Assembly (NCBI GenBank): GCA_016432425.1
Contig: CP066688.1
Coordinates: 20,368-84,367, forward strand
Direction of reading: 5' to 3'
Length of the DNA stretch: 64,000 bases
DNA from: Candidatus Daviesbacteria bacterium
GTDB taxonomy: Bacteria; Patescibacteriota; Microgenomatia; Daviesbacterales; UBA10151
Part shown: positions 35,722 to 46,018 of the stretch, piece by piece
Position numbering within the stretch: position 1 is the stretch's first letter
Layout: every line of letters begins with the position of its first letter
The notes under the pieces: model-generated
Database searches by the model: none
What the model was told of the DNA's origin: nothing
Seen by the model: only the letters and a program-made list of their open reading frames with translations
Program-made: the position numbers and the translations under genes

Positions 35722-37178
35722 GGCTCGGGATCGCTCCCCTCTAGCGGGTGTTGAATTTTAGTTAAATCAGCAATTACAAATTCTGAACTCTTTTTTAAAA
35801 CAGTAAAATGCCGAATCACCCAATTAGTTTTATCATCATAGGAGGTAGAAATATAATAATGTACTCCATATTCTGCCACCAAATCTACCAAGGGCAAAAC
35901 CGTCGTGGCAAAACCTGCCCGGTTAGTTTGATACAAAAAGGCAGTGTCACCGTTATAAGGAGCCACCACCAGCGCATCTTTAGGTAAAATTTGATCCGCC
36001 ATTCTTCCCGCTTGGATAATAGGGGGGTTGTTAATCTTATAAAACTCTTTTACCGGAACCCAAGTTAAATAAAAAGTTAACCCTAAGAAAATTAAACTTA
36101 AAGGTACACTTATCAACCGAGGAATCAATTCCTGCGAACGGTTAATCAAAAAATTTACACCCATTGAGACAAAAACAGCCAACACCGGGACTAAAACTGT
36201 TTGGTAATAATTATGCCTGACATTACCACTGGCAAAAATGGCGATATTTAAAAACATAGAAAATGCCCACCAATGGAAAAAATAATTTCTAGCTTCCGGT
36301 CGGCGCAAAAATCCTAAGAAAAACAAGAAAAACCCTGTTACTCCCAAAATCTCTCCCCCCAATCGGTTTTGAACTATCCACCACCAAAAAGCAGGTCTAA
36401 ATCTAATCCCATCCCCATTTATTAACCAATTAGAAGCCGGAATTCCTTCTGGTTGTTGCAAGATCCACAATCTCCATAGAATAAACGGTATCATTGCCAG
36501 CAAAAATAAAACCATAAATTTAAGTTGCCTCTTAAGAGGTTTTTGAATTCCCAAATAAATAAGCGGTAAGAAAAAAAAGATTGCCCAAGGTTTGATTAAA
36601 AAGGCAATACTGGTAAAAAAGACGGCCCACCATTTAAAATGATTTTCTTCAATAAATTTTATCCAAAAATAAATCATCCCCAAAGAGAAAAAAATTAAAG
36701 TTGGTTCCGGCAAGGTAGTCCGGGAGAAGAAAATATTAAATGGTAAAAAGGTAAAAATGGCAGTTGATAAAACACCTAAAAATTTCCCCTTGAACGCTCT
36801 GACAATTAAAAAAAGAAAGACGCCGGCACCTAAAGAAACTAGGGCAGAAACAAGTCTTAAAAATAAATCACTAATACCAAATAGTAAAAAGAGCGGATAA
36901 ACTAAAATATTATAGACAGGAAACTCGACAAAACGGAAACGGTCTGGATTAGGGATGGGTTTTTCCGCTACCCCAGACATATCGTCATATTTAGGTAAAA
37001 ATGGGTTAAAACCCTCTTTGACAAAATTGCGCGTTACTGCGGCAGTATCTGCCTGACGCCATGAATGCCAGTCAGCAATGGGGGCATTTATTTTATAAAG
37101 ACGCACTCCCAAACCCATTATTAAAATTAAGCTCAACCAAAAATACTGATTTTTAAAAATTGCCAGCAGTCTAATCAT
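35718..37178 (-). CDS. GT-C polytopic membrane glycosyltransferase, PMT_2/GT39/ArnT-like
   Basis: The first loop carries the motif HSWRQADTAAVTRNF, characteristic of PMT_2/ArnT-type enzymes. There are more than 10 TM segments and a C-terminal soluble domain. Confidence 0.6.
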   Translation of the reverse strand: MIRLLAIFKNQYFWLSLILIMGLGVRLYKINAPIADWHSWRQADTAAVTRNFVKEGFNPFLPKYDDMSGVAEKPIPNPDRFRFVEFPVYNILVYPLFLLFGISDLFLRLVSALVSLGAGVFLFLIVRAFKGKFLGVLSTAIFTFLPFNIFFSRTTLPEPTLIFFSLGMIYFWIKFIEENHFKWWAVFFTSIAFLIKPWAIFFFLPLIYLGIQKPLKRQLKFMVLFLLAMIPFILWRLWILQQPEGIPASNWLINGDGIRFRPAFWWWIVQNRLGGEILGVTGFFLFFLGFLRRPEARNYFFHWWAFSMFLNIAIFASGNVRHNYYQTVLVPVLAVFVSMGVNFLINRSQELIPRLISVPLSLIFLGLTFYLTWVPVKEFYKINNPPIIQAGRMADQILPKDALVVAPYNGDTAFLYQTNRAGFATTVLPLVDLVAEYGVHYYISTSYDDKTNWVIRHFTVLKKSSEFVIADLTKIQHPLEGSDPEP

Positions 37179-38562
37179 GTTTAAATTTAACTAAAGCAAC
37201 AGAGGCTCCCAAAACTAACCATAAAATAAAAGAAATTTTTGATGACTCCAACGCATCAATAAAAGTAGAATTTATGAAAATTACTAAAACTCCCACAAAA
37301 GAAGCAGTTAAGAGATAAAAAGTGAAATTTTTATGATCAGGCCGTTTTTTCCAAATAGTCCGCAGTATTATCCACCAAATCAGGGCAAAACTTAAAAATC
37401 CTAACATACCGGTTTCCCCTAAACTTCTTAGATAATCATTATCGGTGGCAATGGTGATAGAGGAATAACCGCTACCCAAAAAAGGATTTTTAAAAAAGGC
37501 TCTTACAGCTCTAGGCCACTCCACATTTAACCTGATTTCAAAAGAGCGGAAAACTCCTAGCTCAGTAGAGTTAATAGGTTCGCCTGGAGCAACGTCAACT
37601 GGTATCCCGGAGAAGGTGGCAGAACTGCTTGCAGCATTTTCAATAGAAAAATGTTTGGTAGGATTGGGCTTTTGGGGGGGCGGGCTATATTTAGCTCCCC
37701 CTCCTCCTAATAAATTCACCGTCACAGTGGCGACAGTTCTGTGCCGAAGATCAGGAGAGATAACAAAAGCTCCCAGACTTAAAAGTATTAATAAAAATAT
37801 TAATTTACGCTGACCCACAAACCACAAAACTGCCGCTGCTCCCAGTATGGTTGACAAAAAAGAAACCCGGGCAGCAGTTAGACTAAGTAATATAAAACCC
37901 AACAAAGAAGAGAAAAGTATCAGTAGTTTTTCTTTTAGCTTTCTAACATAAAACAAAAAGGCTGTGGCAAAGATTAAAAATACTGACAGATAAACCGCCA
38001 GGTCATAATGACCGGCGAAAGTAGAATTAACCCTAGCGCCGGGAGTTAAAAATAATATTAAACCTTTAGAAAATTCCTTATTCATAGTAGAAATAACCGG
38101 GAAGGAAAACCATTGTTGGCCAAAGCCATAAAATATTATTATTAAAGTGGTTAGCAGTGAAATTTTCAGTAAATTTTTAATTTGATTTAAATTCTGGACG
38201 GCATCCAAAGCCACAAAAAATAAAATCATCACCTCTACTCTTCTTAAAAAATGTAAGATACTTAAGTGCCAGGATACAGTATGGGTCACCAAGATGCCGG
38301 AAAAAACTGACAGCGCTCCTACTGCCCAAAATAAAATAAAAGCCTGATATAAAGGCTGTTTTAAACTGTCTCCTATAGAACCTACTTTAGAAATTAACCA
38401 CCATAAAAATACCACTGCCACAATAAAATCTTCTAATCTGACTGCCACATAAGTACCCGGCACACTAATTAAAGGAAATTTAGGGTACAGAGGTATAAAA
38501 ACAAATAAAAAATATACCCACCAAATTAAATATTTACGGCAAAGAAACGATAACTTTTGCAT
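37171..38562 (-). CDS. Wzy_C / O-antigen ligase-family membrane protein (second copy in window)
   Basis: WPRAVRAFFKNPFLGSGYSSI...DNDYLRSLGETGMLGF is the Wzy_C signature. An unusual Gly/Pro-rich insert GGGGAKYSPPPQKPNPTKHF lies in the large external loop. Confidence 0.7.
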   Translation of the reverse strand: MQKLSFLCRKYLIWWVYFLFVFIPLYPKFPLISVPGTYVAVRLEDFIVAVVFLWWLISKVGSIGDSLKQPLYQAFILFWAVGALSVFSGILVTHTVSWHLSILHFLRRVEVMILFFVALDAVQNLNQIKNLLKISLLTTLIIIFYGFGQQWFSFPVISTMNKEFSKGLILFLTPGARVNSTFAGHYDLAVYLSVFLIFATAFLFYVRKLKEKLLILFSSLLGFILLSLTAARVSFLSTILGAAAVLWFVGQRKLIFLLILLSLGAFVISPDLRHRTVATVTVNLLGGGGAKYSPPPQKPNPTKHFSIENAASSSATFSGIPVDVAPGEPINSTELGVFRSFEIRLNVEWPRAVRAFFKNPFLGSGYSSITIATDNDYLRSLGETGMLGFLSFALIWWIILRTIWKKRPDHKNFTFYLLTASFVGVLVIFINSTFIDALESSKISFILWLVLGASVALVKFKHD

Positions 38563-39412
38563 AGGTTAAAGAAATATTAAATTTACCTATTATAAAAAAT
38601 AATACCATTCGCAAGGTAGCAGCTAAATAGACTAATAATTTTATCCCTGAACCTACTAAAAAGTTTTGTTTTTTAAAAAATAAAATCAAACCCTTAAATT
38701 CACCTGTCCATTGTCTAAATTTAGGTTGGTCCAAACTTCCACCAGACAGATGTTTAATCGAAACTGCCGGGTTAATCATAACTTTAAAATTATTTTTTGT
38801 GGCTTTAAAACAATAGTCAATATCTTCAAAATACATAAAATATTCCTCGTTTAAAGGCCCAATTTTAACAATCACTTCTTTTTTAACCATCATAAAATTG
38901 CCGGAAACCCAACCCACCGGATGAGGCCTTTTATAGAAACTGTCTTCATTTCGATGCAATGAGGACAACCCCAAAACATCTAAATTAAATAGCCAGCTAA
39001 AAACAGATAAAAAATTAGGCAGGTCTCCTCCACTGGGTTGCAGGCTGCCATCAAAATTTAAAACCTTGCAACTGGCAATCCCGCAATCCGGATACTCATT
39101 CATAAATTCCACCATCGGATCTATGACATTTTCATCCATCTGGGTATCGGGATTTAAAATCAAATAAAAATCACTTTTAATATTTTTTAAGACCAGATTG
39201 TGTCCACCGGCAAAACCGAGATTTTTTTTACTTTCAATCAATTTAACTTGAGGAAATTCTTTTTTAATGACTGCAACTGAACTGTCACTAGAGGCATTAT
39301 CAACTACTATAATTTGGACTTTATTTTGATATTTAAATTTTAAGAGGTCATTTAGGGAGTTTCTAATTAACTGGCTGCTGTTGAAACTGACAATGCTAAC
39401 TGTGACCAACAT
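38534..39412 (-). CDS. GT2 family glycosyltransferase
   Basis: VTVSIVSFNSSQLIRNSLNDL...IIVVDNASSDSS is the GT-A N-terminus, with the DxD region YFEDIDYC. Confidence 0.75.
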   Translation of the reverse strand: MLVTVSIVSFNSSQLIRNSLNDLLKFKYQNKVQIIVVDNASSDSSVAVIKKEFPQVKLIESKKNLGFAGGHNLVLKNIKSDFYLILNPDTQMDENVIDPMVEFMNEYPDCGIASCKVLNFDGSLQPSGGDLPNFLSVFSWLFNLDVLGLSSLHRNEDSFYKRPHPVGWVSGNFMMVKKEVIVKIGPLNEEYFMYFEDIDYCFKATKNNFKVMINPAVSIKHLSGGSLDQPKFRQWTGEFKGLILFFKKQNFLVGSGIKLLVYLAATLRMVLFFIIGKFNISLTYAKVIVSLP

Positions 39413-39413
39413 G

Positions 39414-39986
39414 TTAAATTATTTCTTTCTGCAGCGATTTTCGCCAAATTTTAAAAACCGAGATTGATAGTCCCCATATTGCCAAATAAACAAAAATTCG
39501 CCAAATAATATTATTAGGGTAAAAACGCAAAGTAGTTTTAGAATCATAATATACCCCGTTAATATGGACATGATCTCCCACAAAATTGTGGGGTGCCTTC
39601 AACAACTCGTTGTGTACAAAAGGCTCATACCCTCCCACAAAAATCGAACCGCGCAGGGGATAAACATATTCTTCCATGAAGGTAACATAAATTTGATCAC
39701 GGACCATTCTTTTAGCTTCCTCCGGAGGGTAATTTAAAGTTAGTGGTGGAAAGAATTTGCCAAAGATAAATGAATCTTGATAATCTTGCCGATAAAACTC
39801 TGTTATCTCAGCTCTTTTAGAAAAAGAAAAGAAAGCCGCAATATTGGGAACTTGCACCGTGTCGCCCGGTTCATCTGATTTTGCAGACTGAGGCAAGGGA
39901 GAAAAATCTTCCACAGAAGTAGGACCAGGTAAAATAATATACAATAAACCAAGTATAAAAATAAAAGGCAAAATTTTTTTTCTCAT
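39414..39986 (-). CDS. hypothetical bitopic membrane protein
   Basis: It has N-terminal and C-terminal hydrophobic helices and no motif. It sits inside the glycan locus. Confidence 0.45.
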   Translation of the reverse strand: MRKKILPFIFILGLLYIILPGPTSVEDFSPLPQSAKSDEPGDTVQVPNIAAFFSFSKRAEITEFYRQDYQDSFIFGKFFPPLTLNYPPEEAKRMVRDQIYVTFMEEYVYPLRGSIFVGGYEPFVHNELLKAPHNFVGDHVHINGVYYDSKTTLRFYPNNIIWRIFVYLAIWGLSISVFKIWRKSLQKEII

Positions 39987-40624
39987 TGAAAGAGCCGCGC
40001 CCGCCCTAGCAGGTAGTGAAGATTTTTATTTTTCCGTTCACCAATTTTGACAGCTGGCACGCCTCCCACAATTTCATATGGTTTCACATCTTTAGTAACT
40101 ACTGCTCCCGCAGCCACAGTCGCCCCTTCACCAATTTTGACCCCCGGCAAAATAATCACCCTGGGGCCAATAAAAACATAATCACTAATTTTTACCGCAG
40201 CAACAGTCGCCCGAAAATCTTCAGAGTTAATATCATGTTCGCTGTTATAAATTAACACCTGTGAAGCAATATCTACATGATTGCCAATAATTAGTTTATC
40301 CCGGCCATCTAAAAAAGCATCAGCTCCCACAATAGAATCCTCCCCAATTTCTATATTAGGCGGATAAAAAAATTGCGTACCCATGTGCAGGTGAGATCCT
40401 GCTCCAATTTTGACTCCGGCTAAAACATAAAAAAGATAGCGAATAGAATAAAGAGGTATCAACCCTACAATCCGTAAAATTAACAGTTCTGCATCCAGAA
40501 AATAATTAAAAATACGGTTAATTATTTTTCTGATAGCCTCAGTGGTAGACAAAGTTCGCCCGGACTTATCTTTAAAAACCAAACCATCCCGTAGATTTAT
40601 GGCTAAATTATCGGAAAACAGCAT
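39983..40624 (-). CDS. hexapeptide-repeat (LbH) sugar O-acetyltransferase with N-terminal membrane segment
   Basis: Left-handed beta-helix repeats ([10 protein letters not shown]...[11 protein letters not shown]...[11 protein letters not shown]...[29 protein letters not shown]) are present, as in WcaF/WbbJ-type acetyltransferases. Confidence 0.75.
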   Translation of the reverse strand: MLFSDNLAINLRDGLVFKDKSGRTLSTTEAIRKIINRIFNYFLDAELLILRIVGLIPLYSIRYLFYVLAGVKIGAGSHLHMGTQFFYPPNIEIGEDSIVGADAFLDGRDKLIIGNHVDIASQVLIYNSEHDINSEDFRATVAAVKISDYVFIGPRVIILPGVKIGEGATVAAGAVVTKDVKPYEIVGGVPAVKIGERKNKNLHYLLGRARLFQ

Positions 40625-40642
40625 AATTTGAGTATAACAAAT

Positions 40643-41821
40643 TTAAGCTTCTTTTACTAATTTGGTGAAGGTGGATAAAACTACTTTAGCAGCCGTTTCC
40701 CAAGAGTATTTTTGAGCTTGCTGCAGGCCTAATTTACTTAAAGCTTCATTTAATTTTTTATCATTAATGACTGCTCTGATGGCCTGCTCTATCTGAGTTA
40801 CTGAGTAAGGGTCTATTAAAAGCCCAGCTTTGCCTACCACCTCTGGCAGGGAGGAAACGTTGGATACTACCACCGGAGTACCGGTGGCCATAGCCTCTAC
40901 TACCGGAATACCAAATCCTTCCCAAAGTGAAGGTAGGACAAAGGCTGCTGCTCCGGATAAAAGACAGGGTAACTCTTCGGTGGGTACAAACCCTGGAAAA
41001 ATCACTCGCTCCGGGATATCTAATTTTTGAGGTGTTTGTAAAATTTCCTGAAATTGCCAAGCCTCTCTACCCGGACCGGTAGTTTTACCCACTACCACTA
41101 ATTTTAAATCTTCAATATTTTTAACTGCTTCCATTAAGCGAATAATATTTTTTTTAGGTTGAATCGTCCCAATGAAAATAATATAGCGGCCAACAATACC
41201 ATACTTATCCTGAATTTTTTTAATTTGAGAACTATTTTTGATGGGACGAAAAACTGTTTGGTCAAAACCGGGATAAAAAATTGTAATTTTATCTGCTTTC
41301 AACTTATACTGTTTTATCAAATCCTTTTTGGTAAAGTTAGAAATTGTTAAAACGTGCTGTGAGTTTAAAACTGAAAATTTAGTCCAATTTGTTAATTTAT
41401 ATAAGTCTCCTTTATTAAACATTTCCGGAAATTGTAAAAATGACAGGTCGAAAATTGTCACTACTTTCGGAACTGGGCAAAACCTGGGAACATAATGAGT
41501 GGGAGAAAAAAATAGATCTGGTTTAATCCTAGCAAAATATAGCGCAAAAGGCAGAGTTATCCTGGTCCAAAGTTTACTGGGTCTGAGGATTTTATATTTC
41601 CAACCTTCACGTTCCTGAGGCATATCTTCCATGGGAGAAGAGGGGAGGAAAATCGTGTATTCATTTTTTTGGTCTAATTTTTCTAAAGATCTTATAAGTT
41701 CATAGGCTACTTGTGAGGAACCTAGTCTTTGTGGCACATTAGCTTCATATCCATCTATCCAAATTTTCATTTTGTTAACCTCCGATAAACCTCTGTTGTT
41801 TCCTGGGCTGCTTTTTCCCAA
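40643..41821 (-). CDS. GT4 family glycosyltransferase
   Basis: The EX7E region reads EGFGIPVVEAMATGTPVVVS. Confidence 0.75.
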   Translation of the reverse strand: MGKSSPGNNRGLSEVNKMKIWIDGYEANVPQRLGSSQVAYELIRSLEKLDQKNEYTIFLPSSPMEDMPQEREGWKYKILRPSKLWTRITLPFALYFARIKPDLFFSPTHYVPRFCPVPKVVTIFDLSFLQFPEMFNKGDLYKLTNWTKFSVLNSQHVLTISNFTKKDLIKQYKLKADKITIFYPGFDQTVFRPIKNSSQIKKIQDKYGIVGRYIIFIGTIQPKKNIIRLMEAVKNIEDLKLVVVGKTTGPGREAWQFQEILQTPQKLDIPERVIFPGFVPTEELPCLLSGAAAFVLPSLWEGFGIPVVEAMATGTPVVVSNVSSLPEVVGKAGLLIDPYSVTQIEQAIRAVINDKKLNEALSKLGLQQAQKYSWETAAKVVLSTFTKLVKEA

Positions 41822-42792
41822 GAGAAACGTTTCACATTTTCCAGTCCCAATTTAATTAAATCCTCCCGCAATTTAGCATCCTCCATTGCTTCAGTTACTT
41901 TTTTGGTAATTTCCTCTTGATTTAAAGGGTCAACTAAAAGTGCACTTTTACCTGCCACCTCCGGCATACTGGAAATATTAGAGGTAATCACCGGGGTTCC
42001 GCAAGCCTCCGCCTCTAAAATCGGCAGGCCAAACCCTTCATAGAGTGAGGGATATAATAATAAGGTAGCTGTAGAATAAAGTAGCGGCAACTCTGTTTCG
42101 TAATCTAACCATGGCAAACTTTGACCGGCAATAACCAGATGATAATTTTTACAAGCTGCTTTGACTCTTTCTAAGTTACGCCTTTCACCTATGCCGCCAA
42201 TACTCAAAACAAAAGTCTCCGGCAGTTGGTATTTTTTCTTAAATTCCCTAATTTTTTCTTCCAATTGGGGTTTGAATTGTTTTCCTGCTGCTTCATAAAC
42301 TACCGTAATTTTATTCTCCGGTATTTTTGATATCTTCAACAAATCCTCTTTGGTAGAGCGCGACACCGCAATTACCTGATCAATTTCCCGCTCCACCAGT
42401 TTTAAGCGCTCTCGGTGGACAGAGACAATTTTCGGATGTGACCATTGAGGAAATTTTAACGGCACCACATCATGATAAGTAGTTACTTTCTTCGCTCGGC
42501 TTGGAGGTTGAACCCAATCGCTGGAATGGAAAATATTCAGCGGGCCCAAAAACTTCTCAATACTAACGTTATGTAACTTATTGAATAATACTTCAAATAA
42601 AGTTGGCGGAAGCTTAAATTTGCGGACATTTTTTAAATTACCATGGTAAGGTTGTCGCAGTGAGGAATAAAAATAAACCATATCTAAACTAGACAGTTTA
42701 GATAATTCTTCAGTTAAGCTTCTGGTGTAAGTATTGACTCCCCCAGCGTGAGCCAATTGTGAAATATCAAATCCAACTTTAATTTTCGCCAT
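41767..42792 (-). CDS. GT4 family glycosyltransferase
   Basis: The EX7E region reads EGFGLPILEAEACGTPVITS. Confidence 0.75.
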   Translation of the reverse strand: MAKIKVGFDISQLAHAGGVNTYTRSLTEELSKLSSLDMVYFYSSLRQPYHGNLKNVRKFKLPPTLFEVLFNKLHNVSIEKFLGPLNIFHSSDWVQPPSRAKKVTTYHDVVPLKFPQWSHPKIVSVHRERLKLVEREIDQVIAVSRSTKEDLLKISKIPENKITVVYEAAGKQFKPQLEEKIREFKKKYQLPETFVLSIGGIGERRNLERVKAACKNYHLVIAGQSLPWLDYETELPLLYSTATLLLYPSLYEGFGLPILEAEACGTPVITSNISSMPEVAGKSALLVDPLNQEEITKKVTEAMEDAKLREDLIKLGLENVKRFSWEKAAQETTEVYRRLTK

Positions 42793-42804
42793 TTATATAT
42801 TGTA

Positions 42805-44235
42805 TCAAAGCCGGCTGTAATGGGTAATTAAACCCACCCCATTAAAATTATAAACTTCTTTTTTGTTAAAGCCTTGTCTAGTTAAGTTTTTTTCTAAATT
42901 TTTCCCCGGATCGGTAATATCTACTAAATACTCAAATAAGTAAATATTATTGACTGAGACAAATTTAGTTGTATCATTTTCACTGTATGCCGGCAGTTTC
43001 CGCAATCCTGGCAACCATTTTTGGCCTCTGCTATAGTATTCAAAAGGCGATAAATTACCATTACTTTCAAAAACCGCTACTCCCTGATTTTTTTGAGCTA
43101 AATTTTCTACTGTAGAGACTGCCCCTCGCCAATCTTCCCGCTGAAATTTTGGATTGGTGTAATAAAAATACAAACAGCTTAGAGAAATAAGTAGTAAGGA
43201 CAAAATAGTTATTATTTTAAATTGTTTAGCTAAATTTTCCACTCCTTTAGCCACTAATAGATAAAAGAAGGGCAGAATAAACAATAATCTAAAATAAGAT
43301 AAAACTGGCACAAAAAACGAGATTATGGTGGCCAGTATTAATGGGACGGCAGTTAAAAACAGCACTAATTTCAACTGATCGTAAACTTTCCTTAAAGCAT
43401 TAATTATTACCGCTCCATAGATTAATCCGACCACCATCACCACAACACTATAAAAAATTTTGTCATCAAAACTGACTCGGCCTAAAACTGTTTTAGCGAA
43501 AATTAACCCTAAATTTTTAATACTCACCCCTCCCACAACTTCTGCCCAACCAGGTACTAAATTAGCAGTTCTTAAACCATTTAATAGTTGTTGATAAAAG
43601 AAAGGCAACCAAATTAGGAAAGAAACCAAAACGAAACTCCCAACCTTTAAGTAATTTTTTAATTTATCTTTTTGGAAAAATAGTAGGTATAAAAATTGGG
43701 CGGGAAATATTAAATAAGCTAAGTAGTCAGAATAAATTACCAAAACCCCACTGAAAACGAACAAATTCTTGGCTTCGCCAATAAACCCCAGATTTACCTG
43801 AAGTTTATTTTTTAAAAGTCGTACAAAAAAATAGCTATTCAATGCTACCGCAAAAGCGGCGAAACTGTACATTCTGGCTTCCTGGGAATAATAAACATGT
43901 AGTGGCGCCACTGCCAGCAAAAGCGCAGCCAGCGCTCCAATCTTTTTGTTAAATAGTTCTTTACCTAAAAGGTAAACTAACCAGATAGTGCCTACTCCCA
44001 AAAATAACGAGGGAATTCTGACACTAATTTCACTAAAACCAAAGAGGCGTCCCCACAACCAAAGAAGCAAAAAATACCCTGGAGGATGAAAATCCCCAAT
44101 GGGATATTGGGTGAGAAAAGTTAGTAAATTTAAGTTTTGGGCATTAACTACATTAATGGCTTCATCCAGCCAGAGAGATTGATTGAGACTAATTAACCTT
44201 AAAATTAATGCCACTGCCAAAATTAGGTAAATCAT
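42805..44235 (-). CDS. GT-C polytopic membrane glycosyltransferase, PMT_2/ArnT-like
   Basis: The first-loop motif SLWLDEAINV (the DE catalytic pair of the ArnT/PMT family) is present. There are about 12 TM segments and a C-terminal soluble domain. Confidence 0.6.
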   Translation of the reverse strand: MIYLILAVALILRLISLNQSLWLDEAINVVNAQNLNLLTFLTQYPIGDFHPPGYFLLLWLWGRLFGFSEISVRIPSLFLGVGTIWLVYLLGKELFNKKIGALAALLLAVAPLHVYYSQEARMYSFAAFAVALNSYFFVRLLKNKLQVNLGFIGEAKNLFVFSGVLVIYSDYLAYLIFPAQFLYLLFFQKDKLKNYLKVGSFVLVSFLIWLPFFYQQLLNGLRTANLVPGWAEVVGGVSIKNLGLIFAKTVLGRVSFDDKIFYSVVVMVVGLIYGAVIINALRKVYDQLKLVLFLTAVPLILATIISFFVPVLSYFRLLFILPFFYLLVAKGVENLAKQFKIITILSLLLISLSCLYFYYTNPKFQREDWRGAVSTVENLAQKNQGVAVFESNGNLSPFEYYSRGQKWLPGLRKLPAYSENDTTKFVSVNNIYLFEYLVDITDPGKNLEKNLTRQGFNKKEVYNFNGVGLITHYSRL

Positions 44236-45077
44236 TTGTTTGCTTGCTCACCTAAAAATGATCTTAGCAGTGAAATCTCAATCGCTAAATCATAGACTAT
44301 TTTAAATATCAAATAGGTGAAAGAGGCGATCTTTATCGAACCAACCATACCGTTAACCAGACTAAATAAAGGATTATACCTAACCAACGAAATTATTTTC
44401 ATGATGAGCTCATTTTTAATTTTTCTTCTTTTATACTCTGATTTGCCAATCCAACGGGCTTGGCGGAAAACTTCTCCCAAACTGCCGGGGTTTTGGTGAT
44501 AAAAAATAGCTCCCGGAGCCACAGTTGCCAAAACTCGGAGTTGTTCAGCCAAAGTATGGTCATCAATATAGCCAATTGGCTGAAAGCCTCCCGCCCGCTC
44601 AAATTCTTTTTTTAAAATAGCCCGAAAAACCGGCTGGATATCCGGATAATTTCTTGGATGCATCCGATCAAAAGGCAGCCCTTTATTAAGATTCCAACAT
44701 TTACTCCAAATATTATCTTTGTTGGACACTTGTTCTTCTTTGCTAAAAGTACCGATTGTTTCATTTTTAATAATTGGTAGAGTTAATTTTTCTAAAAATT
44801 TTTTATCAAAAGTCATATCAGCATCCACAAAAACCAAAATTTCTCCCTTGGCTACCTTGGCACCTAAATTCCGAGCTCTACCTGGACCCAAATGAGATTG
44901 TTGCAAAAGTTTGACCGGAAATTGCCGGACGATTTCTCTGGTTTTATCTGTTGAACCATCATCAACCACAATAATTTCCTGATCTGCCAAGGTTTGCTGC
45001 TGCAAAGATCTTAAACAATCACCAATGGCAGTCTCTTCATTAAAAGCAGGTATAATAACTGAAACGCTCATTTGCAA
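44232..45077 (-). CDS. GT2 family glycosyltransferase
   Basis: VSVIIPAFNEETAIGDCLRSL...IIVVDDGSTDKT is the GT-A N-terminus, with the DxD region FVDADM. Confidence 0.75.
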   Translation of the reverse strand: MQMSVSVIIPAFNEETAIGDCLRSLQQQTLADQEIIVVDDGSTDKTREIVRQFPVKLLQQSHLGPGRARNLGAKVAKGEILVFVDADMTFDKKFLEKLTLPIIKNETIGTFSKEEQVSNKDNIWSKCWNLNKGLPFDRMHPRNYPDIQPVFRAILKKEFERAGGFQPIGYIDDHTLAEQLRVLATVAPGAIFYHQNPGSLGEVFRQARWIGKSEYKRRKIKNELIMKIISLVRYNPLFSLVNGMVGSIKIASFTYLIFKIVYDLAIEISLLRSFLGEQANK

Positions 45078-46018
45078 ATTTCCTCTATCAATTTTTTATA
45101 CTCGTCTGCTATTTTATCCCAGGAAAATTTTTCCGCCTGTTTCTGCGGGGTATTTTTCCAGTCTTTATTTAATGCTTCCTCAATTGCCTGGGCATATTTT
45201 TTAGCTTCATATACTTGAGTTAATACTCCGGCATTTCCCACAATTTCCCTGCGGGGAGAATCATCTGGAGCAACTACCGGGAGTCCCGAGGCCATCGCTT
45301 CCACATAAACTATTCCAAAAGCTTCCCGGTTCCAAGAAGGTAAAGTAAATAAATCAGCTGACCTGTATACATCTGGCATCTGATCAAATTTTACAGAAAT
45401 TATTTTAAATCTGCCGGGAATTTTTAAATTTGCTAATTCTAATAACTGCTTTAATTTTGACCCACTACCCACTATCAGCAATGAGACATCTTTCAACTTG
45501 GACAGTGCCTCAATGGCTAACTCATGATGTTTGTACCACTCCAACGCACCTACACTTAAAATAATTGGCCCAGGTAAATCGATTTTAATTTTTTTACCCT
45601 GGGAGCTAAATTTAGCTAAATCTACCCCATTGGGGATTTTTTTAACTTTAGTTTTCCAGGCCCATTTTTGGGCCCAATTTTTCTCATGATCAGTTAAGGC
45701 CACATAAACATCGGGTATACAGACGGCAATGTTCCAAAGGTCATCCCTCCCAATCCCCGCCTGACCAGATATTAACAGACGATATTTACCAACTAATCTA
45801 CCCAAACTTGCCTTTAAAGCCTGCATTCGGCCATTGGTCGCAATCACTAAGTCAAAATTTCCTTTAATTATTTTTGATAAATTACCACTATCTTGCCCAG
45901 TCAAAATAGTGACTGTAAAATCTTTCTGCAGTCTTTTCGACAGTTCCCCCACATAAGTTTCTACTCCGCGGTTAACCGTCCCGTAACCCTGACATAAAAA
46001 AGCTATTTTCTTTGCCAC
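45068..46018 (-). CDS. GT4 family glycosyltransferase
   Basis: The EX7E region reads EAFGIVYVEAMASGLPVVAP. Confidence 0.7.
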   Translation of the reverse strand: MAKKIAFLCQGYGTVNRGVETYVGELSKRLQKDFTVTILTGQDSGNLSKIIKGNFDLVIATNGRMQALKASLGRLVGKYRLLISGQAGIGRDDLWNIAVCIPDVYVALTDHEKNWAQKWAWKTKVKKIPNGVDLAKFSSQGKKIKIDLPGPIILSVGALEWYKHHELAIEALSKLKDVSLLIVGSGSKLKQLLELANLKIPGRFKIISVKFDQMPDVYRSADLFTLPSWNREAFGIVYVEAMASGLPVVAPDDSPRREIVGNAGVLTQVYEAKKYAQAIEEALNKDWKNTPQKQAEKFSWDKIADEYKKLIEEICK

